Assembly (NCBI GenBank): GCA_035461175.1
Contig: DATHVR010000073.1
Coordinates: forward strand, 9,871-73,870
Reading direction: 5' to 3'
DNA length: 64,000 bases
Source of the DNA: Acidimicrobiia bacterium
GTDB lineage: Bacteria > Actinomycetota > Acidimicrobiia > Spongiisociales > ZC4RG35
Numbering within the stretch: the stretch's first letter is position 1; each line of letters starts with the position of its first letter. Below, one piece after another: positions 36,355-45,650 of this stretch. The notes under the pieces are model-generated. The model was not told the DNA's origin and did not search any database. It worked only from the letters and a program-made list of their open reading frames with translations. Made by a program: the position numbers and the translations under genes.

Positions 36355-37257
36355 GTGAACTCCAAAGACCCCTCGGCTCCCTTCGGCCGGGTCCTCACTG
36401 CCCTCGTCACCCCATTCACCGACGGGGGAGATGTGGACCATGAGCGAATGTGGCGTCTGGCCCGCCACCTCTCCGACCATGGCTCCGACGGCCTCGTGGT
36501 CACCGGCACCACGGGCGAGTCACCCACCCTCTCCGCCGACGAGAAGGTTGCTCTCTATCGCACCGTTGTGGAGGCGGTGGAGAACCGCGACACGCTCGTT
36601 GTCGCAGGGACCGGCACCTACGACACCGCCGAATCGGTCGAACTGACTCGCCGGGCAGCCGAGACCGGGGTCGACGGAATCATGGCCGTGACCCCCTACT
36701 ACTCGAAGCCGGGCCAGGAGGGCCTGTTCCGGCATTTCACCGCCATCGCCGACGCCACCGACCTCCCGGTTCTGGTCTACAACATTCCCGGCCGCACCGG
36801 GCGTCTGATCGAAGTAGCCACCCTCGCCCGCCTGGCCGGTCATCCCCGCATCGTCGCCACCAAGGACGCGGTGATGGATATCGACTTCACTTCCGCGACC
36901 GTCTTCCGGGTTCCCGAATTGGCGGTGTACTCGGGCCAGGACTCCTACACCCTCGCCATGATGGCGGTGGGAGCTGTCGGGGTGGTCTCGGTCATCAGCC
37001 ATCTCGCCGGAGATGAAGTCGCCGCCATGGTCGGGGCGACCCTGGCAAATGACCTGGCCGAGGCGCAACGTCTCCACCACGCCCTGCTCCCGCTGTCCGA
37101 AGCCTGTTTTGTGGAGCCGAATCCGATCCCGGTCAAGGCAGCGCTCGGCGAACTCTGGGAGCCGGTCGGCGAGCCGCGGCTTCCCCTCACCCCGGCCGAC
37201 CCCGATACCGTCCAGCGAATCCTCGCCGCCATGGGCGACCTACGCCCCCCGACTTGA
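36355..37257 (+). CDS. dapA: 4-hydroxy-tetrahydrodipicolinate synthase.
   Basis: …LTALVTPFT…GLVVTGTTGESPTLS…YNIPGRTG…; 300 aa. Confidence 0.9.
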   Translation: MNSKDPSAPFGRVLTALVTPFTDGGDVDHERMWRLARHLSDHGSDGLVVTGTTGESPTLSADEKVALYRTVVEAVENRDTLVVAGTGTYDTAESVELTRRAAETGVDGIMAVTPYYSKPGQEGLFRHFTAIADATDLPVLVYNIPGRTGRLIEVATLARLAGHPRIVATKDAVMDIDFTSATVFRVPELAVYSGQDSYTLAMMAVGAVGVVSVISHLAGDEVAAMVGATLANDLAEAQRLHHALLPLSEACFVEPNPIPVKAALGELWEPVGEPRLPLTPADPDTVQRILAAMGDLRPPT

Positions 37258-37294
37258 GCCCCGAAAGGCACCAGTGAACCTCGTGAAACCACCC

Positions 37295-37336
37295 ACCCAC
37301 CAAGCGGTGACGTCCCCCACCCACCAACCCGTGACG
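37295..37336. repeat. Two 19-bp direct repeats (CACCCACCAAGCGGTGACG / CACCCACCAACCCGTGACG) in the rnj 5' leader.
   Basis: Read directly from the sequence (37295-37313 and 37318-37336). They share the CA/GT-rich CCACCCACC motif seen in other intergenic repeats of this window. Confidence 0.5.
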
Positions 37337-37347
37337 AGGCGATCGGC

Positions 37348-38982
37348 ATGAGCGTTTCTGTCACCTTCCTGGGCGGCCTGGGCGAGATCGGCCGCAACTG
37401 CGCCGCCGTCGAGATCGACGGCCGCATCTGCCTGATCGACTGCGGGCTCATGTTCCCCGAAGAAGACATGCTGGGCGTAGACCTCGTGTTTCCGGACTGG
37501 TCCTGGTTGGTCGAGCGCCGCGACGACGTCGACTTCGTCATCCTCACTCACGGCCACGAGGACCACATGGGGGCCCTCGCCTATTTCCTGCGCGACATCG
37601 AGGTGCCGGTCTACGGCTCCCGCCTCGCAGTCGAGTTCGCCCGGGGCCGAATCGAGGAGATGGGCATCAATCCCCAGCTCCATCCCGTGCCCCTCGGGGA
37701 GTGGCGCAAGCACGGACCGTTCAAGTTCAAGCTGATCCGGGTCAGCCACTCCATCCCCGACGCCACCGCCATCGCCTTCGACACCCCCGAAGGCATCCTC
37801 CTCCACTCGGGCGACTTCAAACTCGATCCCACCCCGATCGACCACGAACCGACCGACCTCCCCTCATTCGCCGAACTCGGCCGCCAGGGCGTCCGCCTAC
37901 TCCTCTCGGACTCCACCAATGCGGAAGTGCCGGGGTTCGTTCCCTCCGAGTCCTCGCTGGGGGTGCCGATCGCCGACGTGATCGAGGCGGCCGAGGGCCG
38001 GGTCATCTCCGTCTGCTTCTCCTCCCACGTGCACCGGGTGCAGCAGATCGTGAATGCCGGGATCGCCTCCGGCCGCAAGATCGCATTCTTCGGCCGCTCC
38101 ATGCACCGCAACACCACGGTGGCGGCGGAAACCGGCTTCCTGGATCTCCCTTCCGACTCGGTCGTCGACATCAAGGAACTGCTCGATCTTCCGCCCCAGC
38201 GTCAGCTCCTGATCACGACCGGCAGCCAGGGAGAGCCCTTCGCCGCCCTCTCGCTGATGTCGCGGGGCCGGCACAAGTTCGTCGAAGTGCACGAGGGCGA
38301 CACGATCCTCATCTCGGCCAAGCCGATTCCCGGCAACGAGACCGCCGTGTCGAAGGTGATCAGCCGTCTGCTCCGCCAGGGAGCCAAGGTGGTGCACGGC
38401 CGCAATGCCAACGTCCACGTCTCCGGACACGCCGCCCGCGAGGAACTTCTCACCTTTCTCAATGTCGTCCGTCCCCGCGCCTTCGTACCGGTCCACGGCG
38501 AGTACCGCCATCTGGCTGCCCATGCCGACCTCGCTCGCCAGATGGGCGTATCCGAGGTCGACGTTCTCGAAGACGGCGATCGGGTCATCCTCGATGGCGA
38601 TACCACCAAGGTGCAGCGCAAGGCGGTGCCGGCCGGCTACGTCTACCTGGATGGCGCCAGCTACGGCGAGGTGCAGAATGCCGTCCTCCGCGATCGCAGC
38701 CACCTGGCCGACGAGGGGGTGGTGGTCGTAACGGTCGGTATCGACCGAGACGCCAACGTGGTCTACGGACCGGACCTCGACAGCCACGGCTTGATGGACG
38801 ATCCCGAGATCGTCCTCGGCAAGGCGGCCGAGGCGGTTCGACAGGCCATCGCCGACGGCCTCGACAACGCCGAAGACGGAATGAACGGAATTCAGCGTCT
38901 CGTCCGCCAGGCCACCGCCCGGGTCATAAGGACCGAAGTCAGTCGCAAACCGGTAATTATCCCCGTGGTCTTCCAGCTCTGA
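37348..38982 (+). CDS. rnj: Ribonuclease J.
   Basis: MBL + beta-CASP + C-terminal domain; …FVILTHGHEDHMGAL…; 544 aa; downstream of dapA as in other actinobacteria. Confidence 0.9.
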   Translation: MSVSVTFLGGLGEIGRNCAAVEIDGRICLIDCGLMFPEEDMLGVDLVFPDWSWLVERRDDVDFVILTHGHEDHMGALAYFLRDIEVPVYGSRLAVEFARGRIEEMGINPQLHPVPLGEWRKHGPFKFKLIRVSHSIPDATAIAFDTPEGILLHSGDFKLDPTPIDHEPTDLPSFAELGRQGVRLLLSDSTNAEVPGFVPSESSLGVPIADVIEAAEGRVISVCFSSHVHRVQQIVNAGIASGRKIAFFGRSMHRNTTVAAETGFLDLPSDSVVDIKELLDLPPQRQLLITTGSQGEPFAALSLMSRGRHKFVEVHEGDTILISAKPIPGNETAVSKVISRLLRQGAKVVHGRNANVHVSGHAAREELLTFLNVVRPRAFVPVHGEYRHLAAHADLARQMGVSEVDVLEDGDRVILDGDTTKVQRKAVPAGYVYLDGASYGEVQNAVLRDRSHLADEGVVVVTVGIDRDANVVYGPDLDSHGLMDDPEIVLGKAAEAVRQAIADGLDNAEDGMNGIQRLVRQATARVIRTEVSRKPVIIPVVFQL

Positions 38983-39064
38983 TCCGCCACACTCCCGGCA
39001 GGGAGATGCCCACGGGAGCCCCGGGGGTTTGATAGCGTCAGGTCAACGACAGGAAGGGACGCAA

Positions 39065-39478
39065 ATGCGCAAAGCAGCATCGATCGGGGCAATAATCCTC
39101 GGAATCCTCATGATTCTGGGTGGTGCCGCCACCTGGTTCCTGGTCAGCGACACGCTCGACCGCCAGGAGATCACGGTGGCCGAGGACGGCTGCCTGGGAG
39201 GCGACCAGGTGAGGGGCCCTTTCACGGCCTACTGCCAGGCAAAGATCATCGAGGAGCACACCCTCGATAGCACCGACGGGCTCACCTACGCCCAGCTGGA
39301 CCGCGAAGATCCCCGCCGCGACCTGGCGATGAACTCGTCGTTCCTGCAGGCGTCTCTGTTCACCTCGATCCTGGCCTTCGGCGTCGCCGCCATGGCGATC
39401 GGGATGGGGATCATCTTCATCCTCATCGGCCTCGGCATCCGGGACGTGGCCGAACGAACAGAACCGCTCACAACCTAG
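39065..39478 (+). CDS. Hypothetical small membrane protein (2 TM). The ORF extends to 39029.
   Basis: MRKAASIGAIILGILMILGGAATWFLV…ILAFGVAAMAIGMGIIFILIGLGI. Confidence 0.5.
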   Translation: MRKAASIGAIILGILMILGGAATWFLVSDTLDRQEITVAEDGCLGGDQVRGPFTAYCQAKIIEEHTLDSTDGLTYAQLDREDPRRDLAMNSSFLQASLFTSILAFGVAAMAIGMGIIFILIGLGIRDVAERTEPLTT

Positions 39479-39654
39479 ACGCAGACGCCGCCCTTCTCTG
39501 GACGGTGTGAAACGGCCCCACCCGTCTCTGGCCCCCGCCACGCAATCCGGCAGGGGGGCCCAGAGAACGGGTGGGGTGTTCACGTTCGACCCGAAGAAGC
39601 AAACCCTGCTCCATCGTTGGATGGGCGCGCGGCGAGGACTAACGTGACCTTCCC

Positions 39655-41916
39655 ATGCCATCCCGGACTTCCACCCGCCGGGGGGCCAAAGGGCGGAAAC
39701 GGGTGGCCACCAAGAAAAAGAGCACCTCGCGCTGGCGAGTGCGGACGTCCCTGCTGGAGACCCTCCGCACCCGCCTTCGCACCACACTCGGCCGCCAGGC
39801 CGACGATGTGTGGGGCGTAGTCCTCGTTGTCTTCGCCATCGTCGTCATCCTGGGATTCCTCGAGCAGGCGGGACCGGTGGGCCGCGGGCTCGAGACCGGA
39901 TCCCGCTTCCTGTTCGGAATCTGGCGATTCGTGATCCCACCACTCCTGATCGGGATCGGGTGGGCCCTGATCGTGGGCAAGCCTCGCGAGGGCTCCGGAC
40001 GGCTGGTGACGGGGGCTCTGGTCACCTTCATCGGCACCGTCGCCCTCTTCCACCTCCTCACCGGGACGGTCTCACTCGCCGCCGACATCTCCCTCGTCAA
40101 ACAGCGTGGGGGAGTGGTGGGCGCAGTGGTCGCCTTCCCCCTGCGCCGCATCCTCGGCATCTGGGGCGCCTTCGTGGTGCTGGCGTCGGTGGTGGGCATG
40201 GGAGTCCTCGTCATGACCCGCACGTCGGTGCGGGAGTTCGTGGGAGGCATGACCGACCTCTGGAAGCAGTTCCGCCGCTTCGTGTCCGAGATCCGCACCG
40301 CCCCTGCCCCCGCTCCGGCCGGCCGCCACGTCGCCCCCCGACGCCGGCCTTCGCCGGTGGTACAGGAACCTCCCGCCCGGCCCGCCCAACCGGAGCCCAA
40401 GCCCAAGAAGGAGAAGGCGGCCAAGGCCCCGGCGATGAAGCCGGCCGTCACCGCCTCCGGCTACAAGCTGCCCCCGCTCGACCTGCTCGGCCTCGGTGGC
40501 GGGGGGGACCACAACAAGCGCCTGCTAGAGGAGACCGCCCGCGAACTGGAGGAGACGCTGCATCAGCACGGCGTCGAGGCCACCCTCACCAAGATCGTGC
40601 CGGGGCCGACCGTGACCCGCTACGAGATCGAACTCGCTCCCGGCGTCAAGGTCAACAAGGTCTCCAACCTCTCCCACGACATCGCCTACGCCCTGGCCAC
40701 CCCCGATGTCCGCCTCCTCGTCCCGATCCCGGGCAAGTCGGCGATCGGGGTGGAGGTGCCCAACCGCAGCCGGCGCATGGTCACCCTGGGTGACATCCTC
40801 CGCTCCGATGAGGCGGAGGCGAACCGCCATCCGCTCGCAGTCGGGCTGGGGATGGATATCACCGGACGGGCCAAGCTGCTCAACCTCTCCGAGTTGCCCC
40901 ACGTGCTGATCGCCGGAGCCACCGGGGCCGGCAAGTCGTCGTGCATCAACTCGATCGTCACCTCCTTGCTGATGCGGACCACCCCCGACGACGTCCGCCT
41001 GATCATGGTCGACCCCAAGCGGGTGGAATTGGGCCAGTACAACGGGGTGCCCCACCTCCTGACCCGGGTCATCACCAATCCCAAGAAGGCGGCCGATGCC
41101 CTCAAGTGGGCCGTGGCCGAGATGGACCGCCGCTACGACCTCCTCGCCGACGCCAAGGTGCGCGACATCATCGGGTACCGCGAGAAACTGGATGCCGGTG
41201 GCCTCGACCCCGAGGGTTTCGATCGCTTCCCCTATGTGGTCGTCGTCGTGGACGAGCTCAACGATCTGATGATGGTGGCCGGACGTGAGGTGGAGGAAGC
41301 GATCGTACGCATCGCCCAGATGGCCCGGGCCGTCGGAATCCACCTCGTCATCGCCACCCAGCGCCCGTCGGTGGACGTCATCACCGGAGTGATCAAGGCC
41401 AACGTGCCCTCGCGACTCGCCTTCTCGGTGGCTTCCCAGACCGACAGCCGGGTGATCATCGACGGAGCGGGCGCCGAGAAGCTGGTCGGGATGGGCGACA
41501 TGCTGGTCATCACGGCCAAGGAACCCCGACCCCAGCGGATCCAGGGAGCCTGGGTGGGCGAGGACGAGATCCACGCCATCGTCGACTGGGTGAAGGAACA
41601 GCGCGAAGCCGAGTACCGGGACAAGGAGGTCCTCCAGGCGGTGGCGGAGGCCGCCGCCGCCAAGGCAGCCGAAGACGAGGACGAGGACGAGGAGCTGATC
41701 CGGCGGGCAATGGAAGAGATCGTGCGCTCCCAGCTGGGCTCCACCTCGATGCTGCAGCGCAAGCTCCGGATCGGTTTCGCACGGGCGGGACGCATCATGG
41801 ACATCCTCGAGAATCGGGGCGTGGTTGGACCCTCCCTGGGATCCAAGGCGCGTGACGTGCTCCTGACCGAAACCGAGCTGAACGACCAGCTCGCCGATGA
41901 ATCCGTGGATGCCTGA
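39655..41916 (+). CDS. ftsK: DNA translocase FtsK/SpoIIIE.
   Basis: N-terminal TM segments, a Pro/Ala-rich linker, and an FtsK motor with Walker A GATGAGKSSCIN and …VIATQRPSVDVITG…. Confidence 0.9.
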   Translation: MPSRTSTRRGAKGRKRVATKKKSTSRWRVRTSLLETLRTRLRTTLGRQADDVWGVVLVVFAIVVILGFLEQAGPVGRGLETGSRFLFGIWRFVIPPLLIGIGWALIVGKPREGSGRLVTGALVTFIGTVALFHLLTGTVSLAADISLVKQRGGVVGAVVAFPLRRILGIWGAFVVLASVVGMGVLVMTRTSVREFVGGMTDLWKQFRRFVSEIRTAPAPAPAGRHVAPRRRPSPVVQEPPARPAQPEPKPKKEKAAKAPAMKPAVTASGYKLPPLDLLGLGGGGDHNKRLLEETARELEETLHQHGVEATLTKIVPGPTVTRYEIELAPGVKVNKVSNLSHDIAYALATPDVRLLVPIPGKSAIGVEVPNRSRRMVTLGDILRSDEAEANRHPLAVGLGMDITGRAKLLNLSELPHVLIAGATGAGKSSCINSIVTSLLMRTTPDDVRLIMVDPKRVELGQYNGVPHLLTRVITNPKKAADALKWAVAEMDRRYDLLADAKVRDIIGYREKLDAGGLDPEGFDRFPYVVVVVDELNDLMMVAGREVEEAIVRIAQMARAVGIHLVIATQRPSVDVITGVIKANVPSRLAFSVASQTDSRVIIDGAGAEKLVGMGDMLVITAKEPRPQRIQGAWVGEDEIHAIVDWVKEQREAEYRDKEVLQAVAEAAAAKAAEDEDEDEELIRRAMEEIVRSQLGSTSMLQRKLRIGFARAGRIMDILENRGVVGPSLGSKARDVLLTETELNDQLADESVDA

Positions 41917-41964
41917 GCCGTCTACGCTCGCGAGCGATGGGCGACGAGCACAGGGGCAGATGAC

Positions 41965-42993
41965 GTGCGGCAACGGCTGACACCGAGCGGGGGCCTCGAG
42001 GGGGATGCACCCTTCGACCTCCAACTAACCAGGCGGCTCTATCGGGCGATGGTCTTCGCCCGCACCTACGACCGCAAGAGCACCGCTCTCCAGAAGCAGG
42101 GCCGGCTAGCCACCTACGCCCCCTTCGAGGGCCAGGAAGCGGCTCAGATCGGCGCCGCCGCCGCCCTCGAGCCCCAGGACTGGGTGGTGGGCACCTACCG
42201 GGATGCCGCACTGATGTGGGCCCAGGGGTATCCCTGGGAGCTGCTGTTCGCCGGCCGTACCGGCGACGAGCGGGGTGGACGACCGCCCGAGCACGTGCCC
42301 GTCATGCCACCGTCCATCACCGTGGGCGGTCACATGGTCCACGCCGTAGGACTGGCCTGGGCCGAGAAGCTCCAGGGCACCGAGCGCATCGCCCTGACCT
42401 CATTCGGCGACGGCGCCACCTCCGAGGGCGATTTCCACGAGGCGATGAACTTCGCCGCCGTCTACGACATCGGCTGTGTGTTCCTGTGTCAGAACAACGG
42501 CTACGCCATCTCGCTCGCCCGTGAGTTCCAGACCCGTTCCGAGTCGATCGCCCAGAAGGCGATCGCCTACGGGATGCCGGGAATCCAGGTCGACGGCAAC
42601 GATCTCTTCGCCGTCTACGAAGCGGTCCGGGAGGCGGCCGATCGGGCGCGGGCGAGTGAGGGTCCGACCCTGATCGAGGCCATGACCTACCGGGTGGGCC
42701 CTCACACCACCGCCGACGATCCGGGCCGCTACCGAACCGGCGACGAGGCCGATGAGTGGCGCCGTCGAGACCCCCTGGAGCGTCTCCGCATCTATCTCTC
42801 CGAGCGGGAAGCCTGGGACGAGGAGTGGCAGGCTGCCATCGAGGCCGAGGCCGGCGCCGAGATCGACCGGGCGGTGGAACTTGCCGAGAACATGCCTCCG
42901 CTGGCTCCCGGGCAGATCCTCGACGCCATGTTCGAGTCCCTTCCGGCCCATCTCGAGACCCAGCGCCGGGAATTGGTGGAGGGACTGCAATGA
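41965..42993 (+). CDS. pdhA: 2-oxoacid dehydrogenase E1 component alpha subunit (TPP-dependent; pyruvate/branched-chain/acetoin type).
   Basis: TPP-binding motif …GDGATSEGDFHEAMNFAAV…; ATGA overlap with the beta-subunit gene. Confidence 0.8.
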   Translation: MRQRLTPSGGLEGDAPFDLQLTRRLYRAMVFARTYDRKSTALQKQGRLATYAPFEGQEAAQIGAAAALEPQDWVVGTYRDAALMWAQGYPWELLFAGRTGDERGGRPPEHVPVMPPSITVGGHMVHAVGLAWAEKLQGTERIALTSFGDGATSEGDFHEAMNFAAVYDIGCVFLCQNNGYAISLAREFQTRSESIAQKAIAYGMPGIQVDGNDLFAVYEAVREAADRARASEGPTLIEAMTYRVGPHTTADDPGRYRTGDEADEWRRRDPLERLRIYLSEREAWDEEWQAAIEAEAGAEIDRAVELAENMPPLAPGQILDAMFESLPAHLETQRRELVEGLQ

Positions 42994-43967
42994 GTGTTCT
43001 CACCATGGCCCGCGCCCTCAACGACGCCCTCGACCTGGCCCTCGACAAGGATCCGCAGGTGATGCTCCTCGGCGAGGACATCGGCCGCACCGGGGGAGTA
43101 TTCCGCATCACCGACGGCCTGCGCGAGCGTCACGGCGAGGAGCGGGTGGTCGACACTCCGGTCGCCGAGTCGGGAATCGTGGGGGTGGCCTTCGGCCTGG
43201 CGGTGGGTGGAATGCGCCCGGTGGCCGAACTGCAGTTCATGGGCTTCTCCTATCCGGCCTTCGATCAGGTGATCAGCCACGTCAGCCGCATCCGCAACCG
43301 GTCCCAGCACCGGTTCACCGCCCCGATGGTGATTCGCATGCCCTACGGCGGAGGGATCGGCGCCGCCGAGCACCACTCCGAGTCGGCCGAGGCGATCTAT
43401 GCCCACACCCCCGGTCTCAAGGTCGTGATCCCCTCCACGCCCTACGACGCCAAGGGGATGCTGCTGTCGGCCATCTCCGACCCGGACCCGGTCGTCTTCT
43501 GTGAGCCGATCCGGCTGTATCGCTCGGTGAAGGAGGAAGTCCCCGACGGCTGGTACGAAGTGCCGATCGGCCAGGCGCGGTTCGAGCGGGAAGGTACCGA
43601 CCTCACCCTGGTTAGTTGGGGCGCCATGATGCGTGAGACCCGGGCCGCCGCCTCCTCCCTGGAAGAGGAGGGGGTCTCGGTCGAGGTGATCGATCTTCGC
43701 AGCCTGGTTCCCTTCGACGCCGACTCGGTCGTAAAGTCGGTCGACAGGACCGGCCGTTTGGTGGTGGTGCACGAGGCGCCGCGCACGGCCGGCTTCGGAG
43801 CCGAAGTGGCGGCCACGGTGGCGGAACGGTGTCTGTATTCGCTGCAGGCTCCCGTGCAGCGCGTCACCGGATGGGACAGCGTATTTCCCCTCAAACGCTC
43901 GGAGGCCCAGTACCTTCCGAGTCAGGAACGCATCATCCGCGCCGCCCGACGAACCCTGGAGAGCTGA
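42990..43967 (+). CDS. pdhB: 2-oxoacid dehydrogenase E1 component beta subunit.
   Basis: MSVLTMARALNDALDLAL…VVDTPVAESGIVG… transketolase-like fold; TGATG overlap with the E2 gene. The ORF-track entry 42756..43967 includes a spurious 5' extension. Confidence 0.8.
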   Translation: MSVLTMARALNDALDLALDKDPQVMLLGEDIGRTGGVFRITDGLRERHGEERVVDTPVAESGIVGVAFGLAVGGMRPVAELQFMGFSYPAFDQVISHVSRIRNRSQHRFTAPMVIRMPYGGGIGAAEHHSESAEAIYAHTPGLKVVIPSTPYDAKGMLLSAISDPDPVVFCEPIRLYRSVKEEVPDGWYEVPIGQARFEREGTDLTLVSWGAMMRETRAAASSLEEEGVSVEVIDLRSLVPFDADSVVKSVDRTGRLVVVHEAPRTAGFGAEVAATVAERCLYSLQAPVQRVTGWDSVFPLKRSEAQYLPSQERIIRAARRTLES

Positions 43968-45391
43968 TGGCACGCGAATTTAGACTTCCCGATATCGGTG
44001 AGGGTCTGACCGAGGCGGAGATCGTCCGCTGGGTGATCCCGGTGGGCGGGACCGTCGCCGCCGATGAGACCGTCGTCGAGGTCGAGACCGACAAGGCGGT
44101 GGTCGAGATCCCGTCACCGTTCGCCGGGGTCGTCCTCCATCACGGGGCCGCCGAAGGCGAGGTGGTCGAGGTCGGCGAGATCCTCGTGGTGGTGGGAACG
44201 GAAGGCGAAACGTGGCCGGACCCCTCACGGGGGGAAGCAGCCATCAAAAGCGAGGATCGGCCCGCGACGGCAGATACCGAAGCCACCGCCCAACCGGGCG
44301 GAGCCGAGCCGGAGCCCGAGGATGCGGCGCCGGTGGATGCTGAGCCGCAGCCGGAAGCCGCCGGGGAGTCTGTGCCCGAGGAAGAGTCGGACCATGGCGA
44401 GGTCGCACCCATCGTAGGCACCCTGTCCGAGGACGCCGAGGAGCTGCCTTCCCGTTCGGAGCAGATCACCGACATCGTCACCCACGTCAAGGCGCTGCCG
44501 CTGGTGCGGAAACTGGCCAAGGATCTGGGGGTCGATCTGGGTTCGATCCAGGGAACCGGCCCCGATGGCCGCATCACCCGTGAGGATGTGATCGCCGCCG
44601 CCGAGAGCAGTCAGGGCGGCCCGGTCGAACTTCCCGCCGCCCCGACTCTCCCCCCGGTGCCCTCCCTTCCGTCCGAGCCGCGGTCCACGGTTCCCGCCGG
44701 AGCCAGGCCTGCCGAGGAGCGACGGCCGCTGAGCAAACTGCGTCGCACGATCGCCGCCAACATGGCGCGTTCGTGGTCGGAGATACCCCACGTCACCACC
44801 TTCGACGAGGTCGACGCCTCACGACTCCTCGCCATGCGGGAAAGGCTGGGGCGGCGCCACGACACGAAGATCCCCCTGGAGTCCCTGATCGTGAAGGCGG
44901 TGAGCCCCGTCTTGCGGGAGTTTCCCGAGTTCAACGCCACTCTCGACGGTGACGAGCTCGTCCTCCACGGGCGCCAGGACATCGGGATCGCCGTCGACAC
45001 CCCCGACGGGCTCCTGGTCGGCGTGATACGCAACGCCGATCGTCACTCGGTCCTGGCCCTCGCCCAGGAAGTCAGCCGCCTGGGCACCGCCGCCAAGGAA
45101 CGCAAACTCGCTCCCGACGAACTCACCGGTCAGACTTTCACGGTCTCCAACATCGGCGCGGTGGGAGGGGGGTACGGCACCCCGATCGTCCCGGCCGGAA
45201 CGGTGGCGATCCTGTCGGTGGGCCGCGCCCTCGACAGGCCGGTGGCCCACGGTGGCCGGGTCGACATCGCCCCGCTGCTCCCGCTCTCCCTCTCCTACGA
45301 CCACCGGGTCATCGACGGGGGCCTCGGCCGCCGCTTCATGTCGATGCTGCTGGAAAACCTGGAAGAGCCGGGTCTGTTCCTGGCTGACTGA
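43967..45391 (+). CDS. pdhC: Dihydrolipoamide acyltransferase E2 (lipoyl domain, E3-binding domain, catalytic domain).
   Basis: Lipoyl motif …VVEVETDKAVVEIPSP…; Ala/Pro/Glu linkers; C-terminal …LSLSYDHRVIDG… catalytic motif. Confidence 0.85.
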   Translation: MAREFRLPDIGEGLTEAEIVRWVIPVGGTVAADETVVEVETDKAVVEIPSPFAGVVLHHGAAEGEVVEVGEILVVVGTEGETWPDPSRGEAAIKSEDRPATADTEATAQPGGAEPEPEDAAPVDAEPQPEAAGESVPEEESDHGEVAPIVGTLSEDAEELPSRSEQITDIVTHVKALPLVRKLAKDLGVDLGSIQGTGPDGRITREDVIAAAESSQGGPVELPAAPTLPPVPSLPSEPRSTVPAGARPAEERRPLSKLRRTIAANMARSWSEIPHVTTFDEVDASRLLAMRERLGRRHDTKIPLESLIVKAVSPVLREFPEFNATLDGDELVLHGRQDIGIAVDTPDGLLVGVIRNADRHSVLALAQEVSRLGTAAKERKLAPDELTGQTFTVSNIGAVGGGYGTPIVPAGTVAILSVGRALDRPVAHGGRVDIAPLLPLSLSYDHRVIDGGLGRRFMSMLLENLEEPGLFLAD

Positions 45392-45549
45392 CGCTTCAGC
45401 GCGTCGCGCCCGCTGACGGTATCGGGTGGTGGGTAGTGAGTAATGGGTCGAGCCGCCGGGCAGTGACCTCCCCCTCGCTCGGTGGACTGACGCCTCAGCG
45501 CGTCTCGCGCGCTGACGGTATCGGGTTGTGGGTGATGAGTAATGGGTCG
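45387..45549. repeat. Two imperfect ~63-bp direct repeats (period ~100 bp), each containing a GC stem-loop (CAGCGCG…CGCGCTG) and a GGTGGTGGGTAGTGAGTAATGGGTCG tail. They begin at the pdhC stop codon.
   Basis: Copy 1 at 45387-45450 and copy 2 at 45487-45549; read from the sequence. Confidence 0.6.
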
Positions 45550-45584
45550 CTCCCCTCCGGGGACGAAGCGGACGACCCAGAACC

Positions 45585-45650
45585 CACCACTCAATTCTCA
45601 ATTCTCAATTCTCAATACCCACCACTCACCACCCACCACTCACTCCGCGT
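45585..45650. repeat. Tandem (CAATTCT)x3 followed by CCCACCACTCACCACCCACCACTCAC, which is the reverse complement of the GGTGGTGGGT… motif of the upstream repeats. It abuts/overlaps the 3' end of ramB.
   Basis: Read from the sequence. Together with 45387-45549 this makes an inverted arrangement able to form a long hairpin. Confidence 0.55.

Noticed and set aside
40525-42024. 499-aa ORF antisense to ftsK (and 39038..39787, 39639..40451, 39810..40793)
   Set aside because: Shadow ORFs within or opposite ftsK; low-complexity sequence.
45387-45549. Possible CRISPR array from the two direct repeats
   Set aside because: Only two copies, imperfect, 63-bp units with a 37-bp spacer, and no cas genes anywhere in the window. 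More consistent with a REP/MITE-like intergenic repeat.
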